Origin: Patescibacteria group bacterium
GTDB taxonomy: Bacteria; Patescibacteriota; Patescibacteriia; UBA10025
DNA length: 64,000 nucleotides
NCBI GenBank assembly: GCA_042570925.1
Contig: JBHPFX010000001.1
Location: forward strand, 52,397 to 116,396
Reading direction: 5' to 3'
The first letter of the stretch is position 1; each line of letters opens with the position of its first letter. Below are positions 9,785 through 17,407 of this stretch, in pieces. The translations under genes were made by a program, and so were the position numbers. The notes under the pieces were generated by a model. It did not search any database. It had not been told where the DNA came from and was given only the letters and a program-made list of their open reading frames with translations.

Positions 9785-10810
9785 ATGGAGCAAACATCTT
9801 TTACTCCTTCTGACAAGGACAAGGAGCAAGCACATAAGGAGGGTGAACAAGAAACAAAACAGGAGACCACCAAAGAAACTCAGAAAGAAATCCACCATCA
9901 TCACTATGGAAAAGGCAAGGGCTTTAACTTAGGGAGCATGTTTCTGGGTTTAGTATTGCTTATTGTAGGTGTCATTTATCTTCTTAGTAACACGGGAGTG
10001 TTAAATGTTGATATCGACTTTGATTTCAGCGTGCTTTGGCCACTCATCATCGTCTTTATCGGACTTGCTATTTTGACAGGGAGAGGATGGCTCTCGGGGA
10101 TTATTGGTGCGGTAGTGATAGTTGGCGTATTATTTCTCATTGTTGCCATGGTTACCGGCTGGATCGATACACCAACGCGTGAAGTTACTACCGACACCAT
10201 CAGCATAGAAGAAGAAGCTGACATAGAATCAGCAAGCTTGAGTATAGCTACTGGTGCGGGTAATTTGACCGTTGCCGGTGGATCCGAAAAACTTATAAGC
10301 GGCAAGCTGGAAGCCAACTTTCTTGAGCTCACCACTTCGTCAAAAGTTGTAGACAGCGTTCAAAAAGTAAAACTTGAAATGGAGGATATCCGGCCGAGCT
10401 TCTTTGGGAAGAAAGTAAATAACCTCGATGTGTTATTAGATTCAAAAACTCCAGTCGAGCTTGATATCGATACCGGAGCGATGGACATGGATTTTGATTT
10501 CACTGAAGTGATGCTTACCACTCTCGATGTAGATACCGGTGCATCTGATTTACATATCATCATGGGTGATTTACTGGACGAAAGCACGATTGCTGTAGAC
10601 GCGGGAGCCAGTTCAATAAACATAACGTTGCCGAAAACAGTGGGGGCAATGATCGACATTGATGCCGGAGTTACTTCGAAGAATTTTACTGATTTTGATA
10701 AGATTGATGACCAGACATACAAATCAGAAAACTACGATGATACTGAAAAGAAGGTTAATATTGAATTGAATCTCGGTGCGGCAGATGTAGATGTAGTCTG
10801 GGCTGAATAA
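9785..10810 (+). CDS. LiaG/LiaF-like membrane protein (DUF4097/DUF2807-like putative adhesin repeats)
   Basis: 341 aa with an N-terminal charged region (HHHH), TM helices and a C-terminal region of repeated DxDTGAxD beta-rich units. It is genetically paired with the PspC-domain gene. Confidence 0.55.
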   Translation: MEQTSFTPSDKDKEQAHKEGEQETKQETTKETQKEIHHHHYGKGKGFNLGSMFLGLVLLIVGVIYLLSNTGVLNVDIDFDFSVLWPLIIVFIGLAILTGRGWLSGIIGAVVIVGVLFLIVAMVTGWIDTPTREVTTDTISIEEEADIESASLSIATGAGNLTVAGGSEKLISGKLEANFLELTTSSKVVDSVQKVKLEMEDIRPSFFGKKVNNLDVLLDSKTPVELDIDTGAMDMDFDFTEVMLTTLDVDTGASDLHIIMGDLLDESTIAVDAGASSINITLPKTVGAMIDIDAGVTSKNFTDFDKIDDQTYKSENYDDTEKKVNIELNLGAADVDVVWAE

Positions 10811-10826
10811 GAATAATTAGTAATAG

Positions 10827-10856
10827 AAAACCGCCCGCTCAATGCGGGCGGTTTTA
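10827..10856 (+). terminator. rho-independent terminator
   Basis: The sequence aaaaccgcccgc-tcaat-gcgggcggtttt forms a perfect hairpin followed by a T-run. Confidence 0.75.
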
Positions 10857-10899
10857 TACTTTGCACTACTCATTAAGGAAGATGTTTCTCTTTTCGGTA

Positions 10900-11016
10900 C
10901 CTTCTTTCTGTGACTAGAAAGAAGCAAAGAGTCCTAGGGTTTCCAATTCGCGAGTGTTTATCGTGCTTATTCATCTAGAAAAGGCCCAATAAAAACTCCG
11001 GACCCCAAGTCTAGGA
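10900..11016 (+). repeat. intergenic repeat family, copy A (core CTTCTTTCTGTGACNAGAAAGAAGCAAAGAGTCC…GGTTTCCAATTCGCG…CCGGACCCCA…CTAGG)
   Basis: It shares about 50 nt of near-identical 5' core and a conserved 3' box with copies at 18631 and 41124. A 10-bp hairpin TTCTTTCTG/CAGAAAGAA lies at its 5' end. Confidence 0.7.
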
Positions 11017-11154
11017 GAATTTTGAGATCAATCCATAAACAGTGCTCCTCCCTCGTTTTATTTAATACTCGTATACAATAAATAATTAATATGTTACATT
11101 ATTCTTATAAAATCGTTCACCCAGAGGTGAAAATACAACAGCAGGGGTGCAGCC

Positions 11155-11340
11155 ATGCAGAGACATACCTTAGCTCATCTTTTGGCAGTAGCTCAGGAAA
11201 GGGGTTTTCGGATGGATCGGACTTCACTCCCTGGCACCGCAGAAATGTGGGATCAGGACTGGGAACAAATGTTCCCCCCTGGGACACAGCCCGGGTGTGA
11301 TGTTGAGAAGGCTTCACTACGAAGGCCTCCCCCATACTAA
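11155..11340 (+). CDS. small GC-rich ORF (61 aa), hypothetical
   Basis: The ATG is preceded by an AGGGGTG SD-like sequence and a hairpin terminator follows at 11361–11395. It lies in a GC-rich island, so it could instead be part of a structured RNA. Confidence 0.25.
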   Translation: MQRHTLAHLLAVAQERGFRMDRTSLPGTAEMWDQDWEQMFPPGTQPGCDVEKASLRRPPPY

Positions 11341-11360
11341 CGAATCTATTGTCAAAGAAC

Positions 11361-11395
11361 GGGGAGATGCGATGCGCGTCTCCCCTTGTTTCCTT
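11361..11395 (+). terminator. hairpin terminator (GGGGAGATGC-loop-GCGTCTCCCC + TTGTTTCC)
   Basis: 10-bp stem followed by a T-rich tract. Confidence 0.55.
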
Positions 11396-11485
11396 ATTCA
11401 AACATGGTTGACATGACGATTTCATTAGGATAAGATTCTATAAATTTAGGAAAAACAGTTCTTATCTCTTTTCACGGGAGGTGCT

Positions 11486-11683
11486 ATGAGCACGCCAAAT
11501 GATAGTGACGCAGTTAAGTTGCGTCAAGTCGGCAGAGTGATGGGAACGGGGGAATCTCCTGGAACAACGATCATGGTATGTTCAGGTTCACCCCCAGGAG
11601 ACCTTTTTGGGGGATGTCCTGTAGGATGGAGCGCCAGTTCCGGCTCTATCCCAAAAGCAACTGACGGTGATAGTCAGGAGTAA
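11486..11683 (+). CDS. small GC-rich ORF (65 aa), hypothetical
   Basis: A GGGAGG SD lies 5 nt upstream of the ATG. It is followed at 11718–11755 by a hairpin that is paralogous to the one at 11361. Confidence 0.25.
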   Translation: MSTPNDSDAVKLRQVGRVMGTGESPGTTIMVCSGSPPGDLFGGCPVGWSASSGSIPKATDGDSQE

Positions 11684-11717
11684 GTCCGTTCATCGAACGG
11701 CGACGAGAACTCACAAA

Positions 11718-11755
11718 GGGAGACGCACTGCACGACGCGTCTCCCTGATTTCTTA
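11718..11755. terminator. hairpin terminator (GGGAGACGC-loop-GCGTCTCCC), probably bidirectional
   Basis: 9-bp GC stem, then TGATTTCTT on the + strand. The stop of the minus-strand gene sits at 11753. Confidence 0.55.
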
Positions 11756-12424
11756 TGTTTGTTGAGCGAGTACATGCTTTTTACGCAACTGCACAACACG
11801 CCATAATCTGTATATAATCGCAGCTATTGCAGTTATTCCGTAAAAGAACCAAAGGTACTTCAAACCAGTTGACTGAACGTCTGATCCAAGATTCCACGAG
11901 TGAATAAAAACGAGTACAAAAATAACGTAATTTAGATAGTGAATTAGTTTCCATTTCCTTCTCAACCACGGGAGTTTCATGAGTAATGCCGTGAGCGCAG
12001 TAATGATAATTAAAATGAATGCAAGAGTTCCAAATAGTGCAAAGACTTTCATCTTATCAGATACATATTCAAAGTTGCGATACTTGGTTAATCCAATCGC
12101 CATGAGCAGGAATAACGGGTGTATAAAAGCAACACTGAGGGCAAATATTCCTTTAATTTTGTGAATGCTATTAATGTAATTAAAAAGCTTTCTAAAAAGA
12201 GGCATCGAAGCTCCGAGCACTATTTGCAGCCATACTAGAAAGAAAGCGTACAGACCAAAAATTGGGAATATGAGATGGGCGAGCGTTTTAAAGTCTGCAT
12301 CCGCAAAAAAAGACAGCCCACCTCGCTCAGCAAAAAACACATATCCGGGAATTACTAGTAGTATAAGAAAAATAATAATCGAAAGTATTTTAAGTACTGA
12401 GCCGGATTTGTGAGCAGTTTCCAT
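11753..12424 (-). CDS. ferric-reductase-like transmembrane domain protein (heme-binding, MsrQ/YedZ-like)
   Basis: 223 aa with six TM helices and conserved His residues inside the helices (HLIFPIFG, HPLFLL, HYLNY, HSWNLG). Confidence 0.55.
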   Translation of the reverse strand: METAHKSGSVLKILSIIIFLILLVIPGYVFFAERGGLSFFADADFKTLAHLIFPIFGLYAFFLVWLQIVLGASMPLFRKLFNYINSIHKIKGIFALSVAFIHPLFLLMAIGLTKYRNFEYVSDKMKVFALFGTLAFILIIITALTALLMKLPWLRRKWKLIHYLNYVIFVLVFIHSWNLGSDVQSTGLKYLWFFYGITAIAAIIYRLWRVVQLRKKHVLAQQT

Positions 12425-12425
12425 A

Positions 12426-13679
12426 CTAATTATGATTATTCTTCTTAATTAATCGTACTTTTATTATTTCACTGTCTCGAATGTCTTCGATAATCATCAA
12501 AACATCGGCAATTTCCCATTTAACATTCTTTTCAATCTTTTCTAGGTGCTGACGTATGAGTCCCTGTAAATTCACTTTTTGTACCGGCAGATCAACATTG
12601 AAGAATTTGTTAATTCTCTCAATAAGAGAATCGCCGTGAGTTACAATGGTGTTTTTATCGACACGAATGATGGTATTTGGCTTAAGATCACTCTCGTCTG
12701 TGATTTCTCCCACAAGCTCTTCAATAATATCTTCAAGCGTGACAACACCGATAACTTTATTTTTCTTATCCTTCACGAAAGCCATGTGAATTTGTTTATC
12801 TTGAAACATTTTCATTACATGATTAAGTTCGATTGTATCATCAACATATACTGACTGATTAGCGATCTCCTCAAGCGTTTTATCACCATGAATATTTTTA
12901 AATTCCCGCATCACATCTCGTATGAGTATGATGTTTGAAATATTATCTTTTTTTCCTTTATAGATGGGAATCCGCGAAAAGCCGCTTTCAATAATTTGGT
13001 TGAGGGTTTGATTGATGGTTTGAGAACAGTCTAATGAAAAGACCTTATTGATTGGCGTCATGATCTCTCTGATGGTGATATCGCTGAAACGGATAGCGCG
13101 AGCCATTATGTTCCGCTCTTCCTGATCAATAACATTTTTTTCTACACCGTACTCAAGTGTTGCTCTGATTTCTGCCTCACTTATCGATGCAATCCGTTTT
13201 AATTTAACCACACCTTCAAGCTTTTTTGAGAGCCACTCCAAGAAATATACCAATGGAAATAGTATTGTTCCAAGTATGCTAATCGGTTTAGCGATTATGA
13301 GTGCGATTGTTCCAGCATTTTTTTGTGCGAGTGTTTTTGGAGTTATTTCTCCAAAAATGAGAATGAGAAGTGTGAGAAGCCCCGTAATTACTCCAATGCC
13401 TGTGCTGCCAAATCTATCTGCTGCAAAAAGCGTTGCCATTGATGCCGCAGCGATGTTTACAATATTGTTTCCAATCAAGATTGTTATAATCATCCTTCTC
13501 GGCCGCGCTTTAAGCTTCATAAGTGCACCAGAGCCCTTTCGTTTCTCTTTTAAGAAGGTTTTAACCTTAATTGAACTTACGGATACCAAGGCGACCTCAG
13601 CCCCTGAGAAGAAGCCGGAAAAAAGAATGAGGATTAAAAGAATCAGGATGCTTTCTACCATATTATGTAATAGTTGCAA
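12426..13679 (-). CDS. HlyC/CorC-family transporter (DUF21 TM domain + tandem CBS + CorC_HlyC)
   Basis: 417 aa. An N-terminal four-TM DUF21 domain is followed by a CBS pair (…GVVTLEDIIEELVGEI…) and a C-terminal transporter-associated domain. Confidence 0.8.
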   Translation of the reverse strand: MQLLHNMVESILILLILILFSGFFSGAEVALVSVSSIKVKTFLKEKRKGSGALMKLKARPRRMIITILIGNNIVNIAAASMATLFAADRFGSTGIGVITGLLTLLILIFGEITPKTLAQKNAGTIALIIAKPISILGTILFPLVYFLEWLSKKLEGVVKLKRIASISEAEIRATLEYGVEKNVIDQEERNIMARAIRFSDITIREIMTPINKVFSLDCSQTINQTLNQIIESGFSRIPIYKGKKDNISNIILIRDVMREFKNIHGDKTLEEIANQSVYVDDTIELNHVMKMFQDKQIHMAFVKDKKNKVIGVVTLEDIIEELVGEITDESDLKPNTIIRVDKNTIVTHGDSLIERINKFFNVDLPVQKVNLQGLIRQHLEKIEKNVKWEIADVLMIIEDIRDSEIIKVRLIKKNNHN

Positions 13680-13695
13680 GTTGTTGCATCAGTAT

Positions 13696-14196
13696 TTATA
13701 TAAGTGGTGAATAAACCCGTTGTGTCTCGTCAGAAAAAACCACAAAACGAATTTCTTCTAACTTGTTATTTGTTTTTAATAATTCTTTGATTGTTTTTAT
13801 GGCAATCTCAGCTGCTTTGTCCTTTGGATATCCATATACCCCGGTTGAAATGGCCGGAAAGGCGATTGATTTGATTCCATTCCGTATTGCAAGTTCAAGT
13901 GAATTTCTGTAGCAGTTAGCTAACAACTCGGCCTCATTGTTTTTTCCTCCTTGCCAGACAGGCCCGACAGTATGAATTACGTATTTTGCCGGAAGGTTAT
14001 AACCTTTTGTGATCCTTGCCTCACCGGTTGGGCAGCTACCAAGCGTTTTACATTCCTCAAGAAGCTTAAGTCCGGCTGCTCGATGAATCGCACCATCTAC
14101 TCCGCCTCCACCAAGAAGCGTGGCGTTGGCCGCATTCACAATAGCGTCAACTTTTTGTTGAGTGATATCTCCTTGGATAAGTGTTAATTTCGTCAT
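13696..14196 (-). CDS. macro-domain protein (O-acetyl-ADP-ribose deacetylase, YmdB-like)
   Basis: Carries [21 protein letters not shown]…[16 protein letters not shown] and the GYPKD motif. Confidence 0.85.
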   Translation of the reverse strand: MTKLTLIQGDITQQKVDAIVNAANATLLGGGGVDGAIHRAAGLKLLEECKTLGSCPTGEARITKGYNLPAKYVIHTVGPVWQGGKNNEAELLANCYRNSLELAIRNGIKSIAFPAISTGVYGYPKDKAAEIAIKTIKELLKTNNKLEEIRFVVFSDETQRVYSPLI

Positions 14197-14198
14197 TA

Positions 14199-14780
14199 CT
14201 AATCCAGAAATGTCATACTATCGATAATACTGCTGTATTTAGCAGTGTATTTGCTGACGTCATCTCCATTTCCAATATAACCAGCGATAATAAATATGTG
14301 ACCATCTTTTATTACATAAGTAGCGATTGCATACCCTAACGTATCCACTTTCACTTTAATTGCGGGCTCGCCATCAACAATCACATCAGTTTGCTCGAAT
14401 GGTTCATCACTGTAAATTTCATTGTTGATATATGATTCAAGTGTCACATCATCTTTGACTGTCTGAGAATATATTTCCATTTTCATACCCATATATAATT
14501 CAGTCGCCTCAGTTTGTAGTAAAGCAACGGGATCATAAAAGGCTGCCAAAGAACTTGCGCTGGTGTCGTCCATCTCCCAGCCTTCGAGAAAAGTTATTTG
14601 ATAGCTAAACTCTTCGTTTGTATACACAAATCCTTTGTCTTCAGAAGACTGCTCATTCACGTTCTGGTTAGTATTTACCGTCTCTGATTGATTTTGCAGG
14701 GAAACAAAATAAATAAGACCGCCAACAATGATGATGACGATGATGATTATTACCGCTTTTAAATTACTTGTTTGAGCCAT
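14199..14780 (-). CDS. membrane-anchored hypothetical protein
   Basis: An N-terminal TM segment ([16 protein letters not shown]) is followed by a secreted domain. No family was recognised. Confidence 0.5.
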   Translation of the reverse strand: MAQTSNLKAVIIIIVIIIVGGLIYFVSLQNQSETVNTNQNVNEQSSEDKGFVYTNEEFSYQITFLEGWEMDDTSASSLAAFYDPVALLQTEATELYMGMKMEIYSQTVKDDVTLESYINNEIYSDEPFEQTDVIVDGEPAIKVKVDTLGYAIATYVIKDGHIFIIAGYIGNGDDVSKYTAKYSSIIDSMTFLD

Positions 14781-14845
14781 ATACCAAGTATAGCATGGCA
14801 CAATATACTACTAAAGATGTGGTATGATATATAGACGATTAGTAT

Positions 14846-15856
14846 ATGAAAGAAATAACCCCACAAGATTTTCTCACAAATAAACTTTCACATTGCTCTG
14901 AATATCAGTTATCTGATAAAGATCAGGAATTGCTGAACGAGGGCATGGAAGTATTTTTGTACCGCCAAATTGTAAGAAAGAAATTCCGAAAATGGAGTAT
15001 TGACGAAGATGCCCAACAACATTTTCGCAATGCAGTATCAATACAGGTCTCGAAAAATGAGCCGATTCATTTTACTTTCCCATTCGGCGCATATAAAAGG
15101 TGGAATCTGCCATCTGCGCCTCGAGTAAACTGGGCCGAGTTTTTTTCACTTGCATATTATTCCCAGTACATGGCACCGATTGCAGCGGGCTATGGGCCGG
15201 GTTGCAGGTTTTCATTTGTCGGGGATGACGTTATTGTCCCAAAGTTGAATAATTATCCAGCGGAAGAAGTTGCCCATTGGTCAGAAACGTTTGAACAGTT
15301 ACTAAAAGCCTTTCATACTTATTTTCCGAAAAATATTAAAATCGAATTACTGCACGTAAGAGATTTCTATACGCCGGAAGAATTCGAAAAAGAATTAAAA
15401 GAAAAATACGACCAAGGGAAAGCCGAGTGGGATGAATGGGATGAAAAAATCCGTACAGCGCATCTAGCCAGCTCACGTCACAACATTAAATGGAAAGGCA
15501 TAGAAGACTGGACAGGAATGCCGGAAAAAGAAAAAGAGAAGAAAATTCTCGATGCAGCAATTATGCACAATGTATATCGTCAGCTTGAAAGACGAAAGGC
15601 ATTTACCCGTGCAGAAAATCGGATCGCCATATTCCCACACAAAATATCAAAAGCAGTACCGCTTGGTACAACGAAAAACTCAGCAGTCTACTTCTGGGTT
15701 GGAACAGGAATTCTGGAGAAAAAAGGAGATGGATTTACCGAAAGAATTCTTTCATATGAACAATGGAAAGACCGCAAGGGCCGATTGCACGAAACGGATG
15801 TCGACATTAAGGGGATCCCAATGAAATCAATCATGATTGATGCCGGTTCGGAATAA
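14846..15856 (+). CDS. hypothetical protein (336 aa, cytoplasmic, Trp/Lys/Glu-rich)
   Basis: It is a long ORF with coherent codon usage. I recognise no family. Confidence 0.5.
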   Translation: MKEITPQDFLTNKLSHCSEYQLSDKDQELLNEGMEVFLYRQIVRKKFRKWSIDEDAQQHFRNAVSIQVSKNEPIHFTFPFGAYKRWNLPSAPRVNWAEFFSLAYYSQYMAPIAAGYGPGCRFSFVGDDVIVPKLNNYPAEEVAHWSETFEQLLKAFHTYFPKNIKIELLHVRDFYTPEEFEKELKEKYDQGKAEWDEWDEKIRTAHLASSRHNIKWKGIEDWTGMPEKEKEKKILDAAIMHNVYRQLERRKAFTRAENRIAIFPHKISKAVPLGTTKNSAVYFWVGTGILEKKGDGFTERILSYEQWKDRKGRLHETDVDIKGIPMKSIMIDAGSE

Positions 15857-15883
15857 TTCTGATATACTATTTATAGAAGGTAT

Positions 15884-16162
15884 ATGGAGCATAAAAGAGA
15901 ACTAAAAAAATACGTAGACAGCAGAAGGCGCGAAGGTGCTTCTGTGGAGCTGATCATTCATGGTTTGGTGCTTAACGGTTGGAATTACGCTGATGCGCAA
16001 CAAGCGGTTACTGAAGTAATTCGCGAATTGGCAACGCGCCGATCAAAGACAAAACCAATTCTCATCATTCTCATCATTCTTTTTGTCATAATTATTGCCG
16101 TTCTTGCATACGTGTTATTTGGAGATTCGACTTTCGAGATTCCATATATTTCTAATAGATAG
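15884..16162 (+). CDS. small hypothetical protein with C-terminal TM anchor
   Basis: 92 aa with a soluble N-domain and an IILIILFVIIIAVLAYVLF helix. Confidence 0.45.
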   Translation: MEHKRELKKYVDSRRREGASVELIIHGLVLNGWNYADAQQAVTEVIRELATRRSKTKPILIILIILFVIIIAVLAYVLFGDSTFEIPYISNR

Positions 16163-16164
16163 CA

Positions 16165-16197
16165 AAAAAGACCATCTGTATCAGGCGGTCTTTTTTG
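16165..16197. terminator. bidirectional rho-independent terminator
   Basis: AAAAAAGACC-loop-GGTCTTTTTT lies between convergent genes, one of which is hup. Confidence 0.65.
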
Positions 16198-16208
16198 TTA
16201 GGTTTATT

Positions 16209-16493
16209 TTAGAGGACAGTGTCCTTCACAACCTTTGCTACCCGGAATTTGACGACAGTCTTTGCCGGGATCTGGATCGTTTCACCAGTCGCAGGATTGC
16301 GTCCCTGACGGGCGTTTCGGTGCTTTTTCACCAATTTCCCGAAACCGGGAAGGGTGAATTCACCATTCGTTTTTACCTCGTTATAGGCTGTTTCAGCCAC
16401 TAAATCAAGGAAACTTGCGACGTCCTTGCGAGATTGGCCAGACTTCTCGGCGAGGTATCCGAGTAGCTGGGATTTGCTCATTCCTTTTGCCAT
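16209..16493 (-). CDS. hup: HU-family DNA-binding protein
   Basis: 94 aa. It has the MSKSQLLGYLAEKSG…FTLPGFGKLVKKHRNARQGRNPATGETIQIPAKTVVKFR signature, including the beta-arm RNPxTGE. Confidence 0.9.
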   Translation of the reverse strand: MAKGMSKSQLLGYLAEKSGQSRKDVASFLDLVAETAYNEVKTNGEFTLPGFGKLVKKHRNARQGRNPATGETIQIPAKTVVKFRVAKVVKDTVL

Positions 16494-16667
16494 ATGTCTT
16501 CTCGTTGAGTTAATTATTTGTTAGACGCTTGGAAGTATAGCAAATACAGGGGAAAAGGCATAGTTTGCGTCAAGTGGAGATTTCCACAGTTAAAATTCAC
16601 GCTTACACTTGAGATACATAATCGCAATTCATCGTCTATCAGCTTAAGTCTGATATACTGTATTTAT

Positions 16668-17342
16668 ATGGAAAAGAAGCCTATTTTTAAGGGATCTGTA
16701 GTGGTTCTGATGTGGCGTGTTAGCATTTTCATTGCTGCTGGAATTTTTATATTACTCTTTCTGTATGTGTACAGCATTGATGGCATTGTTGATCTTTTTA
16801 TGATCAGTAAAGTAGTAGCGGGTACTGCTGCACTTATGATCGGAATATCTTTTGCTCTCAGTGGATTTACGTACTACTTTGATTTTCTTGATACGAAGAT
16901 TGGGTATAGAAAATATATCGGACTAACAGGTTTCTGGTTGGCGCTGGCATACAGCATCATGCTTGTGTTTATAGATCCTGACAGATACTTTTATGGGTTT
17001 TTCGAAAACATTGGATCAGCTGACTTTATTCTCGGATTAAGTGCGGTGGGTATTCTTGCATTCATGGCGATCATTTCAAATTCATGGGCGATGCATAAGC
17101 TTGGTCCGCTTCGTTGGAGACAGCTACTGAGGTTTGGTTATGTAGCATATGCGTTATTGGTCACTCGTGCTATTGTCACTGAGTGGGATTTATGGACAGT
17201 GTGGTGGAACGCTCCGGAAACGTTGCCTCCGCCTCGGCTGACAATTTCAGTTATTGCAATCATTATAATCCTCTTTAGGATATCAATGATTATTTCAAAG
17301 TTTATCAAACAACGTAAAGTGCAATATGAACAAAAAACGTAA
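16668..17342 (+). CDS. polytopic membrane protein (possible MsrQ/ferric-reductase-like)
   Basis: 224 aa from the internal ATG, with six TM helices. The W…HKLGPLRWRQLLRFGY region resembles the YedZ W…RLHRL motif. The assignment is tentative. Confidence 0.4.
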   Translation: MEKKPIFKGSVVVLMWRVSIFIAAGIFILLFLYVYSIDGIVDLFMISKVVAGTAALMIGISFALSGFTYYFDFLDTKIGYRKYIGLTGFWLALAYSIMLVFIDPDRYFYGFFENIGSADFILGLSAVGILAFMAIISNSWAMHKLGPLRWRQLLRFGYVAYALLVTRAIVTEWDLWTVWWNAPETLPPPRLTISVIAIIIILFRISMIISKFIKQRKVQYEQKT

Positions 17343-17407
17343 GGTTGCTATAAAGAAGCACCGAAAGAAAACCAAGAAGCAGGTTGGCTCATTACGGTAT
17401 CGTTAAG

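Noticed and set aside
9976-10722. Two >100-aa ORFs on the minus strand (9976..10335, 10360..10722) antisense to the LiaG-like gene
   Set aside because: They are low-complexity Ser/Thr/Ile-rich shadow frames of a repetitive coding gene. They have no RBS, and the + strand gene has clear domain logic.
11100-11755. Assignment of the GC island as RNase P RNA or tmRNA
   Set aside because: I searched both strands for the P4 boxes (GGAAAGTCCGG / ACAGAAACCCGGCTTA), the GGTGCGGTAAGAGCGCACC box, a tRNA-like T-arm (GGTTCGAATCC) and a tag ORF ending in hydrophobic AA-stop. I found only weak partial matches (e.g. GTGAAGTCCGATCC), so the region is left unclassified.
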